Shown here one piece after another: positions 20,373-30,476 of a stretch of 64,000 bases of DNA; positions within the stretch are counted from its first letter, which is position 1; every line of letters begins with the position of its first letter. The DNA comes from Candidatus Eremiobacteria bacterium (lineage in GTDB: Bacteria; Vulcanimicrobiota; Vulcanimicrobiia; Vulcanimicrobiales; Vulcanimicrobiaceae): assembly GCA_963737065.1 (NCBI GenBank), contig CAVTRC010000002.1, positions 288,001 through 352,000 of the forward strand, in the 5' to 3' direction. The notes under the pieces were generated by a model. The model made no database searches. It was not told the DNA's origin and was given only the letters and a program-made list of their open reading frames with translations. Both the position numbers and the translations under genes were made by a program.

Positions 20373-20864
20373 CTATACGATGCCGGCACGCAACGCGTGA
20401 ACTGCAACTTGCGTGCGCGCTGTGAGATGCAATTTCGCGAGGATGTGCGAGACGTGATTCTTCACCGTTTTGTCCGACAGCTGCAATCGCATGCTGATTT
20501 GTTTATTCGAAAGACCTTCGGCGACGAGGCGGACCACTTGGAGTTCTCGTTCGGATAAGAGAGACCGCCAATCCGTTCCGCTTGGAACGGGCTGAAGATG
20601 TCGTGACGGCGCGGACGGCATTGCAGCCAGCGACTTTACCGTCGCGATGAAGTCTGCGATCGGGACGTCGTGCAGCACATCGAGCAACGACTGATCGATA
20701 ACGACGTGGGCGGCCGGGTGATCGGAGTCATTCGTTGCGGACGTGCCGACGACCGCGATGCCGGGATCGAGCTGAAGCAGTCGCGCGATCGCGGTGCGAA
20801 CAGCAGAATCAGCACCCACTATAAACGCTGACGTGACGTCAGCTTGGGATGATGCAAGGGACAT
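20373..20864 (-). CDS. NarL/LuxR-family regulator with a degenerate receiver domain
   Basis: LSERELQVVRLVAEGLSNKQI...KTVKNHVSHIL HTH; shortened N-domain lacking the acidic pocket. Confidence 0.85.
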   Translation of the reverse strand: MSLASSQADVTSAFIVGADSAVRTAIARLLQLDPGIAVVGTSATNDSDHPAAHVVIDQSLLDVLHDVPIADFIATVKSLAAMPSAPSRHLQPVPSGTDWRSLLSERELQVVRLVAEGLSNKQISMRLQLSDKTVKNHVSHILAKLHLTARTQVAVHALRAGIV

Positions 20865-20923
20865 GGTTGCCTTTCCGTGGCTCGGCTGGCGCCAGCATAA
20901 TACGACGTCCGGCTTTCTCGGGA

Positions 20924-20962
20924 CTTACGGACTAATTACAGCGCCATTACAAACCGATTACA
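20924..20962. promoter_or_regulatory. Four direct repeats with 11-bp period
   Basis: TTAC at 20925, 20936, 20947 and 20958; the last three read ATTACA. Confidence 0.7.
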
Positions 20963-20967
20963 CTGGT

Positions 20968-23743
20968 ATGGTGCCCGCTGCGACCGTCGACCGGGTGCGA
21001 CTGCGTAGCCGCTTGGAGCGGTTGCGGCCGGCTATTGTCGTGCTTGCAGCGCCCGCCGGCTACGGGAAAACTGCGCTGATTCGGTCGCTCTACGGGGCCG
21101 ATCCCGACGCGCGGATCTGCGATTGTGACGGATTACGCGACGAGCTCGACCTCGCGCGGCGGCTGATGCCGGAAATCGACGCTGAGCTGAGCGACGGCGG
21201 CCGAACGATCGCGGAACGCGTGTCGCTCGCGCTCGACTTCCTTTCGCTACACGCGCCCGGCCGAATGATCTTCGACCGCGCGCGCTTCATCGGGCGGCAT
21301 CCCGAGGCGCTGAAGTTTTTTACGCAGATATTGGAGCGCCGCTCGGCCGGAACGACGATCGTCATCTCGGCACGCGACGCCGTTCCGTTGCGGCTGACGC
21401 GCTACGCCGCCCCGCACGAGATCATCGTGCTCCGCGCCGCCGATCTCGCCTTCGATCGCGACGAGCAGCGCGCGCTCTTTGCCCCTTACGTGACGGAAAA
21501 CGCCGCGCTGGAACGCATCGCTGAAGTTTCCGAAGGGTGGCCGATCGCGGTGTTCTTGCTGCAGCGTTTCGCGCGTGAAGGAAGGCTCGACGAACTTCTA
21601 CATCGCTTGGATGACGTCGCGTTCGACGAACTGCGCGATTATCTCGTCGACGAAGTGTTTTCGCTCTACGATTCGCCGGCGTTGTTCGCTTTGTTTGCAT
21701 GCGCCGCGATGCCGCACGCTACCGACGCCGATGTTCGCGATGCGTTTCCCGAATGCGTTGAACGGAACCGCACTCGCCGAGTTTGCCAGGGAGTCGCCGT
21801 TCCTCCGGCGCGACGCGGAAGGGCGCTATCGCGTGCATCCGCTCGCCGCGGCCGCGGTCTTGGCGCATCAGCACGAGCGGCAACGTCTGCTCGTGGCGCA
21901 ACTCGCACGTGCGCGTGAAGGCGACGGCGATTATCTTCGAGCGGCCGAATTATACGTCGCGAATCGTGATTTCGACGCAGCGGCGAGAGCGCTTGCGCGC
22001 TACGACGTTTTGCCGATGGCGCGCCCGCCGCAGCGATATCTCGATCTGCTGAACGGGTTTACACCCTCACAGCTCATCCGCTATCCGCAGCTTTTTGGCG
22101 TTCACGCGCTGATGCGGCTCTTTCGCGATTCGCCGCAAGCACTTCTCGACGAAGCGGAGTCGCTCTGGCGAACGATACCGCGGGCGGCGTTGCCGCGCGA
22201 GCGTTATGCGCTCTTGGTGCTTCGCATGCAGTTGCTCGCATATCTCGGTGAACACGCGCGCGCTTGCGAGCAACTGCAAGAGGCAATCGGTGGCGCATCC
22301 GGTACGAGTCTAGAGACGTCACTTCTGCCGATGCGCGCCTTCGTTCGCGCGCGTTGCGGTGAGCTCAGCGCTGCGACCGGCGACATCGACCGTTCGTTGC
22401 CCGCGATCATGGAAGCCGATGGGATGGCAGCCTGCTTGTATGTGACGATGGCGGAAGTCGCGCGCATACGCGGCGATCGCACGGAAGTGCAATTTCTCCA
22501 AAGCGCGCTCGTACGTGCACGCGAATCGGGTTTCGCAAACCTGCCGGCATTGGTGCTCGCGCAGATCCTGGTTGGCGCGTGGCTCTGCGGAGACGACGAG
22601 CGAGCGCGCGGCGCAGCCGAAGAGCTCGGTCGATCAATCGCAGGCGGCGTTTGCGCTTTTACGTACGTCAGCGGGACGATGCTCCAACGCGACGTCGCTC
22701 CGTCGCCGCGCGATCTGCCGGAATTCGTAATTTACGGAAACCTCATCGAGCTCGTCGATACGCTCGACGAACGGCGGCGGCTGGAACTTGCGCGTGCAGC
22801 CTTCGAACGTGCCGAGCGCCTCGGTCATGCGTTTCTCTCCGTCCTTACTTGCGTGGCACTTGCGCTCGTGGATGAAGCGAATTTTGCGGAGCACGCCGCA
22901 TGCGCGGCGGAGTGTGCAGCATCAATCGACTCGGACGCATTACGAAGCGCCGTTTCGCGCCTCGTCGAGCGAAAACTGGATTGCGGCATGCTATCGGCGT
23001 TCGTCGCGCGCCTCACTCGGGGGGAAAGCGTCATTGCGCCGCTCGACGTCTCGCTCGCGAGCGGGCGCGTTCGCGTCGATGGTGTGCCGGTCGCAATTGC
23101 GCGCCGCGAGCTTGAACTTTTGCTCGCAATTGCGAGCAAACGAGAACCATCGTCGCGCGCCCGGATCGCATCGCTGCTCTGGCCTGATCTGGACGATACT
23201 GCGGCGCGCAACGTTTTTAGCGTCTGTCTTCATCGCTTGCGCGCGCGTCTGCCGCGGCGTGACGCGATCGAACGCGACGGCGACGGATATCGGCTGCATG
23301 CCCATGCGTTCGTCGATCTGTGGGAGGTCGACCGCGCGTTGCGCACTGCGCGAAAGAAAGCGCCGCTCGATGAGCGAGACCGCGCGCATCTCGAGCGCAT
23401 ATGGTCGGTCGTGAACGACGGCGGCTCGCTTTGCGGCGAGGAGTGGGAATGGTTTGAGCCGATCGCGCACCGTCTGCACGAGGCGCGCGTCGAGCTTGCG
23501 CAGATCCTTGGAGACGATGCGCTCGCGCGCGAAGATGCCGTGACGGCACTGCAGTATTCGAAAGCGGCACTCCACGCCGATCGTTGCGACGAACGCGCGG
23601 TCGAAATCGGCATTCGCGCGCACCTAATAGACGGCGATCGTGCGGCCGCGATGCGCCTCTTCCGGCAATACCGCAGCGCGCTCGCCGCTGAACTCGGCGC
23701 TGAGCCGTCGTCATTGCTTTCCGCGCTGGTAAAAAGCGCATGA
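20968..23743 (+). pseudogene. MalT-like ATPase/TPR regulator with C-terminal winged-helix and BTAD (SARP-like) domains; frameshift near 21750
   Basis: APAGYGKT, DLAF and EGWP in the first frame; FPNALNG...YRVHPL, wHTH and DRCDE...AELGAEPS in the second; one extra C in TTTCCCGAAT. Confidence 0.8.
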
Positions 23744-24420
23744 TGTATGTGGTTCTCGCGCTCGCGCTTACGCAGGTCGACGTGCTGATCTCCGCCGGAC
23801 ACGAGGGCCGGCCCGCATCGTGCGCTCGCTATCCCAAGCGCGCCTGTAACTTAGGGGCGCACGGCGAACGCGAATGGACGCCCGTCGTCGCCGATGAAGC
23901 GGCGCGCGTCTTGCGCGAACACGGCGTTTCGGTTGCGCGAGAACCGGCAGACTTCGACGGCACGTACGATGTCGATGCCGCGGTGTTCATTCATTTCGAC
24001 GGTTCGACGTCACCGTGTTCGAGCGGCGCATCGATCGGCTATCACGAAGAGCGGTTCGCGCCGGTCGCGCGACAATGGCGTGCGCTGTACTCGCGCTACT
24101 TTCCGTACGGATTTGAACCCGACGACTTCACCGTCGGCCTTCGCGATTATTACGCGTTTCGTCAAGTCGATGCGCGCGACGCTTCGCTCGTTCTCGAACT
24201 CGGCGAATTGACGTGTCCGCCGCAGCGTGCGTGGCTAGCGCCGCGCCTTGCGTTCGAAGGACGCTTGATCGCGTACTTTCTGAGCGGGCTGATCGGCAAA
24301 GGGGACGTGCCGTTACCCTCGGCCAACATCGCAACCCATGCGTCAACTGCCGTTAGCACTGACCGCGCTCGTCGCGTCGCTCGCGCTCATTCCGTGCCGC
24401 GCTCACGCATCCGCCGCTGA
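23740..24420 (+). CDS. N-acetylmuramoyl-L-alanine amidase (Amidase_3-like)
   Basis: Zn ligands ISAGH, GERE and FIHFD; catalytic VLELG. Confidence 0.8.
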   Translation: MMYVVLALALTQVDVLISAGHEGRPASCARYPKRACNLGAHGEREWTPVVADEAARVLREHGVSVAREPADFDGTYDVDAAVFIHFDGSTSPCSSGASIGYHEERFAPVARQWRALYSRYFPYGFEPDDFTVGLRDYYAFRQVDARDASLVLELGELTCPPQRAWLAPRLAFEGRLIAYFLSGLIGKGDVPLPSANIATHASTAVSTDRARRVARAHSVPRSRIRR

Positions 24421-27400
24421 TCCGTTCTCCGGCTTAACGTGGCGCAATGCCGGCCCGGCTGTTTCCGGCGGCCGTCTTGGCGCGGTCGCGGGAACCGATC
24501 GAGATGCGTCTTTGTATTACGCGGGCGCGGCCGGCGGGGGCGTATGGAAGTCGACCAATGCCGGCGCGACGTGGACGAGCGTCTTCGACGGTCAGGACGT
24601 GCAGTCGATCGGCGCGATTACAATCGATCCGGTCGAAAAAGAGACGGTCTGGGTCGGCACGGGAGAGTCCAATCCGCGCAACGATGTGACGCAAGGCGAC
24701 GGCATCTATAAAACAATCGATGGCGCAAAAACGTGGACGCGCGTATTGATGCTTCACAACTCGCTCGTGAGCCGCATCGTGGTCGACCCGCGTAACACCG
24801 CGCACGTGGTCGCCGCCGTACTCGGCGATCCGTTTGCGAACAGCGAGGACCGCGGTATCTACGTGACGACCGACGGCGGCGCGACCTGGAAGAAAACGTT
24901 ATACGCCGGTCCTTCAACGGGCGCGTCCGACCTCGTGGCGGATCCGAAAAACGCGAGCGTGCTTTTCGCCGGTATGTGGCAGTATCGCCGTACCGGCTGG
25001 AGCTCCGATAGCGGCGGTCCGCAGGACGGATTGTTCGAATCTACCGACGGCGGCGAAACGTGGACGAAGCTTCACGGCAACGGGTTGCCAAACGAAACGA
25101 TGGGCAAGATCGGTCTCGCGATCGCGCCGTCGAATCCGCAGCGTATCTACGCGCTGATCGAAACGAAGCACGGATTGCTCTGGCGTTCCGACGATGGCGG
25201 AGCAACGTGGCAAGCGACGACCGCGGACCCGCTCATCGACGAGCGTCCGTTCTATTACAGCAAAATTTTCGTCGATCCGGCCAACGCCGATCGCGTGTGG
25301 ACTGAGAACGTGCACATGACCGTCAGCGTCGACGCGGGCAAGCACTTTACGATTACGGGACGAGGCGTGCACGGCGATCACCACGGCATGTGGATCGCGA
25401 ACGACGGGCGGCGGATTATCGAAGCGAACGACGGCGGCGTAGCGTTCTCGCGCGATGGTGGCGCAACGTGGCAATGGGAAAAGAACTTACCGGTTTCGCA
25501 GCCGTATCACATCGGTTTTTCCCGCGAATCGCCATATCGCATTTGTCTCGGATTGCAAGATAACGGAATGTGGTGCGGTCCGTCCAATCCCCTCAATCCC
25601 GCCGGCATCAGTTCGAGTCAATGGATGCGAACCGGCGGCGGGGACGGCACGTGGACGCTCTTCGATCCTCGCGATCCGCGGTATGTATGGCAAACGGCGG
25701 GCGGCGGTAATTTTGCGGGGGCGCTTTCAATTCACGACTTCACGACCTCGGAAACGAGAGAGGTCGGCCCATACGTGCGCGACCAGAACGTGATCGATCC
25801 GAAAGCAATGCGTTATCGCTTCAATTGGGAAACACCGATCGCGTTCGATCCGTTCGACCGTAGCCGCGCGTACACCGCGGGCAATGTGCTCTTCACGAGC
25901 AGCGATCGCGGCATGACATGGTCGCGCATCAGCCCCGACCTCACGCGCAACGATCCGTCACATGAAGTCGTCACCGGCGGAATCACGCTCGACGGAACGG
26001 GCGCCGAAACGAGCGACACGATTCTCTTCATCGAGCCCTCGCGCGCCGCGCGCGGCGAACTCTGGATCGGAACCGACGACGGCCTCGTGCAACTGAGCCG
26101 AGACGGCGGCAAGCATTGGAAAAACGTCACGCCGGCGGGCATCGCGCCTTTCGGACGTTTCGCTTCGATCTCCGCGTCGTCGACCGACTCCGCGACCGCG
26201 TACGCCGTCTATGACTTGCACATGACGGGCGACCGCCGTCCGTACGTATTCGTCACGCATGACTACGGCGGACATTGGACCGGTATCGCAGACGGTCTGC
26301 CGAGCGATGACGAAGCGCGCGCGATTCTCGCCGACCCTCGCGTTGCGCACGTGTTGTATCTCGGCCTCGAGCGTTCGTTGTGGGCGTCGTGGGACGACGG
26401 CGCGAGCTGGCAACGGATCTCGAGCAATCTTCCCGCGCTCTCGATGCGCGACATCGAGCTGCAACCCGACCGTAACGATCTGCTTGTTGCGACACACGGT
26501 CGCGGCGCGTGGATCCTCGACGACGCCGCCGCGCTGCAACACTATGCACAAGCGCGTCGTGCTGACGTCTATCTCGTGGCGCCGCGCGACGCGATCGAGT
26601 GGAATCGCTTCTCGTATTGGGGAACGCGCACGGACGGAGCGGGTCCGGAATACGGAGCGATCATCACTTATTACATGAGATCAGCGGCATCCAACGCCCC
26701 GACGGCCGAGGTCATCGACGAGCATGGAGCAGTCGTACGGCGCTTCACGACGCACGAAGAAGCCGGCAAAGAAGTTGGGGATCTGAGCAATGACCCGGGG
26801 TTCAACCGCTTTGCGTGGGATTTAACGAGCGAAGACGTGCATCCGTGGACGTACGCGCCGCAATGGAACCGCACAACGTTCGCGGGCGGTGCACCCGTCG
26901 TACCCGGGCGCTATACCGTGCGGATTCACGTCGACGGACGAACGTACGCGCGCGCCTTCGTCGTGCGGCAAGATCCCCGCACGCACTACACGATCGCGCA
27001 ATTGAAGGAACGGCGTGCACGCGTACAGGGACTGCTCGGCGATCTTTCGCGTGTCGACGACGCGCTCAATACGCTTGGCGCCGTGGCGGCAAACGGACCG
27101 TCGCGTGTCGCAGCCTTGAACGCCTCGGGTAATACACGTCTCGCGCGCAGCATCGACGCACTTGTGCAGCAGACGCCCGCGCTGATCGCGTCGTTCACGT
27201 CCAATCCGAAAAACGATCAGGACAACGACTTTTTGCCCGACGTCCTGCGCGAACGGCTGCAAACGCAAATCGACACATACTTCGATTCGCTTGCGCCCGC
27301 GACCGCGGAACAACGCCGCGAAGACGCGATCCTGCACCGCCTGACGCAAACGCAGCTCGCCGCATTCGCGCCGTTTGCCGTGACCGTCCGAAATGCCGAT

Positions 27401-27445
27401 GCGCAGCTGCGCGCGGCGAAGATGCAGCCGTTGGATGGACGCTAA
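24338..27445 (+). CDS. Secreted BNR/Asp-box repeat beta-propeller protein (VPS10/glycosyl hydrolase-like)
   Basis: Many S/T-x-D-G-G-x-T-W Asp boxes; WRNAGPAVSGGR start; ATHGRG. Confidence 0.9.
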   Translation: MRQLPLALTALVASLALIPCRAHASAADPFSGLTWRNAGPAVSGGRLGAVAGTDRDASLYYAGAAGGGVWKSTNAGATWTSVFDGQDVQSIGAITIDPVEKETVWVGTGESNPRNDVTQGDGIYKTIDGAKTWTRVLMLHNSLVSRIVVDPRNTAHVVAAVLGDPFANSEDRGIYVTTDGGATWKKTLYAGPSTGASDLVADPKNASVLFAGMWQYRRTGWSSDSGGPQDGLFESTDGGETWTKLHGNGLPNETMGKIGLAIAPSNPQRIYALIETKHGLLWRSDDGGATWQATTADPLIDERPFYYSKIFVDPANADRVWTENVHMTVSVDAGKHFTITGRGVHGDHHGMWIANDGRRIIEANDGGVAFSRDGGATWQWEKNLPVSQPYHIGFSRESPYRICLGLQDNGMWCGPSNPLNPAGISSSQWMRTGGGDGTWTLFDPRDPRYVWQTAGGGNFAGALSIHDFTTSETREVGPYVRDQNVIDPKAMRYRFNWETPIAFDPFDRSRAYTAGNVLFTSSDRGMTWSRISPDLTRNDPSHEVVTGGITLDGTGAETSDTILFIEPSRAARGELWIGTDDGLVQLSRDGGKHWKNVTPAGIAPFGRFASISASSTDSATAYAVYDLHMTGDRRPYVFVTHDYGGHWTGIADGLPSDDEARAILADPRVAHVLYLGLERSLWASWDDGASWQRISSNLPALSMRDIELQPDRNDLLVATHGRGAWILDDAAALQHYAQARRADVYLVAPRDAIEWNRFSYWGTRTDGAGPEYGAIITYYMRSAASNAPTAEVIDEHGAVVRRFTTHEEAGKEVGDLSNDPGFNRFAWDLTSEDVHPWTYAPQWNRTTFAGGAPVVPGRYTVRIHVDGRTYARAFVVRQDPRTHYTIAQLKERRARVQGLLGDLSRVDDALNTLGAVAANGPSRVAALNASGNTRLARSIDALVQQTPALIASFTSNPKNDQDNDFLPDVLRERLQTQIDTYFDSLAPATAEQRREDAILHRLTQTQLAAFAPFAVTVRNADAQLRAAKMQPLDGR

Positions 27446-27630
27446 GCACGGTCGCGATGGCAAGGCTGCTCGTCAAATATTCCGGCTACCGGCGAGCGGC
27501 TATTTTCGCGGCCGAGAACGCGCTGTTGGACGGGAAAGTGCGCTTGCTCTATCTAGAGGAGGACTGTATCGGTTACTATGAGGGCGAGGATGAGTATCCA
27601 GCGGCGTTCGAAGGGCTCACGTAGGAGCCA

Positions 27631-30291
27631 ATGATCCGACCGGTTCGCCCCGACGGTACGATCGAGACCGGCGGAGTGTTCGTACCGATCCAACGGCGGC
27701 GCGTGCTCGACCGTATTGCGTCTGCTGCAATGCAGCGCGTCGTCCTCATCGTCGCACCCGCGGGTTACGGCAAATCCGTCGCATTACGCCAGTTCTTAGA
27801 GCGAGTCGACGGCCCGTACGTTCGCTTCGACGTTCTCTCCGACAACGGTGGATTGCTCGGATTCCTGCGCGGCCTTTCCGATGCGCTTGTCGAGGTCGCG
27901 CCCGATGCGCGCGCGACGCTGGCCGGTGCATATGAAAAGAACGCGGCGTCCGCATCGCCGGGAGCCGATCTCGCGCTGTGGATGCATTCGCATTTGAAGT
28001 CGTATCGCGGCGTGATCGCGATCGACGATCTCCACGTCGCGCAGGACGATCGCGAAGTCACGCGATTCCTCGCATCGCTCATCGACCGGACGAAGGGACG
28101 GGTCCAGTGGGTCATTGCGTCGCGGTCGACGCTCGGACTTCCGATCGGCACGTGGCTTGCCTATGGTGACAGCGATCTGGCAATCGACGAGCATGATCTC
28201 AAGTTTTCGGTGGAAGAAGCCCGCGATGCCGCGCGCGCGTTTCGCCTCGCCGTTCGCGACGAAGAACTCTACGAACTGTTAAATCTTACCGACGGCTGGG
28301 CCACCGCGATGACGTTTGCATTGCGTTCAACCACGCGTTCGGTCGAGCTGCGTAACATCTCGTCGATGACGCGCGACATGGTCTACCGGTATCTCGCAGA
28401 GCAGGTCTACGAGACGCTTAACGACGAGGAATGCCGTTTCATCGAAACCGCGGCGCTGCTAGGCGAGATCGACGTGGACGCTATGGTCGGCGCCGGTTTC
28501 GATCGCGCGTCCGCGATGCTCGATAATTTGCGCCAACGTGTCGCGTTCATTCACGAAGGCGAGCCGGGCCACTACCGCCTCCACGACCTTTTCCGCGAAT
28601 TTGCGCTTCACCAACTGAACCTTCGCGGCAAAGACGTCGTCCTCGAGTATGCCGCGTCGATCGCGCAATCGCTCGAAAAGAAAGCTGACTGGGTCGGGGC
28701 GGTTCGGCTCTACACCGAAGCGCGCGATGCTTCCGCGCTAACGCATCACCTCGAAAAGCAGGGCCTCGACCTCGTTTCGCGCGGCCACGCGGATGACGTC
28801 GAGCGCGCACTCCACGTTATTGAAGAAGCCGGGCAGAGTTCAACGCCCGTGTTTGCGATGCTTCGCGGGACGATTGCCGTCGCGCGCGGGCGGTACGCCG
28901 AAGGCGAGTCGCTTTTACGTTCGTCGGTCGGACGTCTCGAAGATCCCGTCGTGCGCGCGGATGCGGCGACTCGGCTCGCGCTCTTAATGTTCAACCGGCA
29001 CGATGACGTCTCCGAGGTGCTCAACGGGATTTTGTCGGATTCGCGTCTCGATCACTGCCGGCAGCTCGAAGCTCGAGCGATCGTGGCGGCGTGGTATGCG
29101 CATGCTTCGCGCGAGGCGGAAGCGCGGAGCGAGATCAACATCATCGAACGCGAAATCGAGGGTTTGACCGACCAGTCGTCGCTCGCGCGAGTCACGCAAC
29201 GGCTTGGATTCGCCTACATGCGCGTCGGCGACATTACGAAAGCCACGCAACGCCTAAAAGTTGCAGTCGAAATTGCGACCGCACGCGGTATGTGGAGCTT
29301 GGCGGCACGTGCCTACCTATTGCTTTCGGCGATCGCATTTTTGAACGAGAACCAGTCGACGCTGAGTCTGTGGAACGCGCAACAAGCAGCCCTCGCTGCC
29401 GGGCGCGCCGGCGACTATCTTGACTTACAATCATCGCTGCTCACGATCCTTAGTATCGAAAATCGGCGCGGTAATGCGGAACGCGCGCAGCAGGTCGAAC
29501 GGCAATTGGCGGAACTTGGTTCGGCCGATTCGTCGCGCGTACATTACATCACATCGAGCCAGGCGCATCGGCACGCGTGGAACGGACGATACGCGGACGC
29601 GCACCGGCTCTTCGGCAGCGTTCTCGGACGACAAGCGTATGAGGCGGACCGCGTCCTGATTCATTCGCTGTACGCCCTCTCGCTCGCGCTCGACGGACAA
29701 GCGCGTGAAAGCGCCGATGCGGCCACGACTGCCATCGACGTCATTGACCGGACAAGCGACACCGCCGCGTACGGCGAGCTGGTCGTCGAGGTGTCGCGGT
29801 TGTTCGTTATCGCGGCCGAGGTCGCGAGCGGCCGGCTCACCGCGGCGACGCGCCTGCTGAAGAAGCCGCCGCGTTCCGATCACGACATTGCGCGCTGCAT
29901 GCACACGATCGTCGAGGACCTTCTGCGCATCGCCAGGAGCTCGTCGTACGAACCTGAAGAGTTCTCTGCCCGCCTCGAGACCGTACGGGACTTCGGCCTC
30001 GGCGGCTACGCGAAATACTTTGCCCTGGTGCGCGATCATGTTGAATTTCGGCACGACCACCGTGCCGAGATGGAGATCGCTCTCACACCGTCAGAGCTGC
30101 GCATTCTCCGTGCGTTAGCCGCCGGAATGTCTCCGAAGGAAATCGCGGCCGATATGGGGCGGTCGGTCTACACAATCCAGACACATATCCAGAACTTGAT
30201 TGAGAAACTAGGCTGCCACGGTAGAGCAGAAGCGATTGCGGCGGCCCGGAAGCGAGGGTTTCTAGTGGCCGGAGGTAACGGCTCTACTTAA
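27631..30291 (+). CDS. MalT-like LuxR regulator (ATPase, helical repeats, HTH)
   Basis: APAGYGKS, IDDLH, DGWA, YRLHDLFREF; C-terminal LTPSELRIL...TIQTHIQNL. Confidence 0.92.
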   Translation: MIRPVRPDGTIETGGVFVPIQRRRVLDRIASAAMQRVVLIVAPAGYGKSVALRQFLERVDGPYVRFDVLSDNGGLLGFLRGLSDALVEVAPDARATLAGAYEKNAASASPGADLALWMHSHLKSYRGVIAIDDLHVAQDDREVTRFLASLIDRTKGRVQWVIASRSTLGLPIGTWLAYGDSDLAIDEHDLKFSVEEARDAARAFRLAVRDEELYELLNLTDGWATAMTFALRSTTRSVELRNISSMTRDMVYRYLAEQVYETLNDEECRFIETAALLGEIDVDAMVGAGFDRASAMLDNLRQRVAFIHEGEPGHYRLHDLFREFALHQLNLRGKDVVLEYAASIAQSLEKKADWVGAVRLYTEARDASALTHHLEKQGLDLVSRGHADDVERALHVIEEAGQSSTPVFAMLRGTIAVARGRYAEGESLLRSSVGRLEDPVVRADAATRLALLMFNRHDDVSEVLNGILSDSRLDHCRQLEARAIVAAWYAHASREAEARSEINIIEREIEGLTDQSSLARVTQRLGFAYMRVGDITKATQRLKVAVEIATARGMWSLAARAYLLLSAIAFLNENQSTLSLWNAQQAALAAGRAGDYLDLQSSLLTILSIENRRGNAERAQQVERQLAELGSADSSRVHYITSSQAHRHAWNGRYADAHRLFGSVLGRQAYEADRVLIHSLYALSLALDGQARESADAATTAIDVIDRTSDTAAYGELVVEVSRLFVIAAEVASGRLTAATRLLKKPPRSDHDIARCMHTIVEDLLRIARSSSYEPEEFSARLETVRDFGLGGYAKYFALVRDHVEFRHDHRAEMEIALTPSELRILRALAAGMSPKEIAADMGRSVYTIQTHIQNLIEKLGCHGRAEAIAAARKRGFLVAGGNGST

Positions 30292-30361
30292 ATTTCAGTA
30301 GAGCGTCCGCGCTCGTCACCCCGTATTGTGAAGATAGTCACTTGTCCTGAGGGGGTTTACT

Positions 30362-30451
30362 TTGATCACCGCTGCTGTTCTCGTTGTCGCGCTCGTCTCC
30401 GCCGCCGCCATCGCGCACTGTGAATTTCCTCCCGGCACCATCGGCCACTAG
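30362..30451 (+). CDS. Small exported peptide precursor MITAAVLVVALVSAAAIAHCEFPPGTIGH (29 aa)
   Basis: GAGGGGG RBS 6 nt before TTG; TAG at 30449-30451; hydrophobic core then Cys-EFPPGTIGH. Confidence 0.65.
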   Translation: MITAAVLVVALVSAAAIAHCEFPPGTIGH

Positions 30452-30476
30452 TTCGAACCGCTAAGGCTTTCCAGAA

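Noticed and set aside
27578..27634. Short Arg-rich ORF whose stop overlaps the LuxR regulator start
   Set aside because: No hydrophobic leader or convincing RBS; unlike the two peptide candidates and likely chance
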